Shown here: positions 62,221 to 64,000 of the stretch, in pieces
How the letters are laid out: every line of letters starts with the position of its first letter
Numbering within the stretch: the first letter of the stretch is position 1
Assembly (NCBI GenBank): GCA_963662945.1
Contig: OY759974.1
Location: forward strand, 1,184,001-1,248,000
Origin: Arcobacteraceae bacterium
GTDB taxonomy: Bacteria; Campylobacterota; Campylobacteria; Campylobacterales; Arcobacteraceae
Length of the DNA stretch: 64,000 nt
Direction of reading: 5' to 3'
Notes under the pieces: generated by a model
What the model was told of the DNA's origin: nothing
The model's database searches: none
Seen by the model: only the letters and a program-made list of their open reading frames with translations
Translations under genes and position numbers: made by a program

Positions 62221-64000
62221 ATGGTTCATGATATAGGAAGTGTTTGTACTTATTGTGGTGTTGGATGTGATATAACAGCACAAGTTGAGGATAATAAAAT
62301 ATTAAAAATATATGCCCAAAGTGATGGATATGTAAGCCGAGGAAAACTTTGTATCAAAGGAAAATATGGTTTTGATTTTGTTGCATCAGATAATAGAATA
62401 CGAAATACAAGAATCAAAAAATCATTTATTGAAAAAAATCTTGAAGATTTTCCACAAGAGTTAAAAGCAAGAACACATACGTTATCATCTATTAATGAGG
62501 AATGGTATGAATCAAATTATGAATTAGCAACCTCAATTGCAGCTTGGAAACTTGGTCAAATAAAAGATACTTACGGAAGACACTCTTTTTGTGCCACAGG
62601 AGGTGCTAGAACCTCTTGTGAAAGTGGATTTTTACTTCAAAAATTCACAAGAGAGACTATGGAATCTCCACATATTGATAACTGTGCTAGAGTTTGTCAC
62701 GCACCAAGTTTAAATGGAATGGCAGCAACTATTGGAGAAGGTGCTGCTACTAATCCTTATGATGATATTTTTAAAACAGAATTTATGCTTGTGATTGGTT
62801 CAAATACAACAGAAGCGCATCCAATTGTAGCAAATCGTATGATAGAAGCAGCACGAGCAAAAACAAGTGAACTAGTTGTATGTGATGTAAGACAAATTCA
62901 GTTAAGCAAATTTGCAACAGATACTGTTGTTCTTCCATATGAATCAAACCTTTTATTTTTAAATGCAATTGCTTATGTAATACTCAATGAAAAACTTTAC
63001 AATCAAGAGTTTATTGATGCAAGAACAAAAGAATTTGAAGCATATAAAAACTCAATATTAAATGATGAAAAAGCAAATCCAGAGTATTTTAGAAATATAA
63101 AAGGATATGAAGAACTAGCCGACCAAATACCTGCAATTGCTAGAAAATATGCAACTTCAAAATCGATGATTTTTTGGGGATTAGGAATCACAGAAAATAT
63201 TGATGGTAGTTATGCTGTTATGGCTATGGTAAATCTAGCACTTATGACTGGAAATATTGGGAAAACTGGTGCTGGACTTATGCCTTTAAGAGGGCAAAAC
63301 AATGTTCAAGGAACCTGTGATATGGGTTGTCTTCCTTATTATGCTCCTGATTATCAAAAACCAAAAGAAGAAGGGTTAAAAACTCCTGATTTAATTGATG
63401 CAATGTTAGATAATAAAATAAAGGCAATGTTAGTTATGGGAGAAGACACAGCACATATCCATCCTAATCTTAATAAAATCAATAAAGCTTTAGAAAATTT
63501 AGAACTGATTATTACTCAAGATTTGTTTATGAATGAGATAGCTAAAAAATCAGACATAGTTTTTGGAGTAAAGTCAGCTTATGAAAAAACTGGTGTTTAT
63601 GTAAATGCGATGAGAAGATTGCACTTATCACAACCACTTGTAGAAAACAATTTACCAGATGATTGGCAAGTTTTAAGAGATATTGAAAACAAAATCAAAG
63701 GGGAGTTCCTCTTTAAATCAAGTGAAGATGTATGGGAACAAGTAAGAATCGAAGCTCCTTATAGATATGGTGGAGCTAGTTACCATAAACTTATGAAACA
63801 TAGAAGTAAAGGGATGCAATGGCCAGTTGCAAAAGATGATACTCCTATACTTCATCTTGAAAGTTTTAATACACCAGATGGTCTTGGAACTTTTAAATAC
63901 AATGGTTACCAACTACGAGGTCAGGTAAAAAAACTTATTGAAGGTGAAAAATTCGATACTTTTTATCTCACAACAGGAAGAAACCTTATTCACTATAACA
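62221..64000 (+). CDS. Mo/W-bisPGD oxidoreductase, FdhF-like formate dehydrogenase alpha subunit (3' truncated; not in ORF track)
   Basis: Read by eye: CTYCGVGC..LCIKG [4Fe-4S], DNCARVCHAPS (Cys ligand), GSNTTEAHP, LRGQNNVQG, LTTGR. Open to the window end. Confidence 0.88.
   Translation, partial: MVHDIGSVCTYCGVGCDITAQVEDNKILKIYAQSDGYVSRGKLCIKGKYGFDFVASDNRIRNTRIKKSFIEKNLEDFPQELKARTHTLSSINEEWYESNYELATSIAAWKLGQIKDTYGRHSFCATGGARTSCESGFLLQKFTRETMESPHIDNCARVCHAPSLNGMAATIGEGAATNPYDDIFKTEFMLVIGSNTTEAHPIVANRMIEAARAKTSELVVCDVRQIQLSKFATDTVVLPYESNLLFLNAIAYVILNEKLYNQEFIDARTKEFEAYKNSILNDEKANPEYFRNIKGYEELADQIPAIARKYATSKSMIFWGLGITENIDGSYAVMAMVNLALMTGNIGKTGAGLMPLRGQNNVQGTCDMGCLPYYAPDYQKPKEEGLKTPDLIDAMLDNKIKAMLVMGEDTAHIHPNLNKINKALENLELIITQDLFMNEIAKKSDIVFGVKSAYEKTGVYVNAMRRLHLSQPLVENNLPDDWQVLRDIENKIKGEFLFKSSEDVWEQVRIEAPYRYGGASYHKLMKHRSKGMQWPVAKDDTPILHLESFNTPDGLGTFKYNGYQLRGQVKKLIEGEKFDTFYLTTGRNLIHYN

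Overview
AT-rich chromosomal segment from a member of the Campylobacterota, most likely Arcobacteraceae (16S V1 region, 16S-Ile-Ala-23S-5S order, Campylobacterota-type gene neighbourhoods). Most of it is core genome: murG, rimO, miaB, tilS, ccoG, luxS, ftsI/ftsW, queH, rpsT, prfA, nusA, cysS, ribF, rlmH, dksA, dusB, atpE, pglB, rpsU, moaC, metH, one rRNA operon, argD, thiS and a partial Cys-type formate dehydrogenase-like subunit. The most interesting part is a co-oriented sulfur/redox cluster at 11.7-18.8 kb. It encodes a type IV sulfide:quinone oxidoreductase, an unannotated 56-aa peptide, a catalytically dead peptide deformylase fused to a Cys-bearing membrane domain, two YeeE/YedE half-transporters, a membrane-tethered protein ending in Gly-Cys, and paralogous 12-heme and 8-heme cytochromes c. 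Other observations: divergent ribF and rlmH both appear to need non-canonical start codons (AUA, AUU) around a palindromic bidirectional promoter; a candidate sRNA with an anti-Shine-Dalgarno stretch; a probable PilM-N-O-like single-chain fusion; a pseudo-glycosyltransferase; and an orphan nucleotidyltransferase-like gene. No CRISPR array, transposase or prophage was seen. All family calls come from motif recognition, not database searches.
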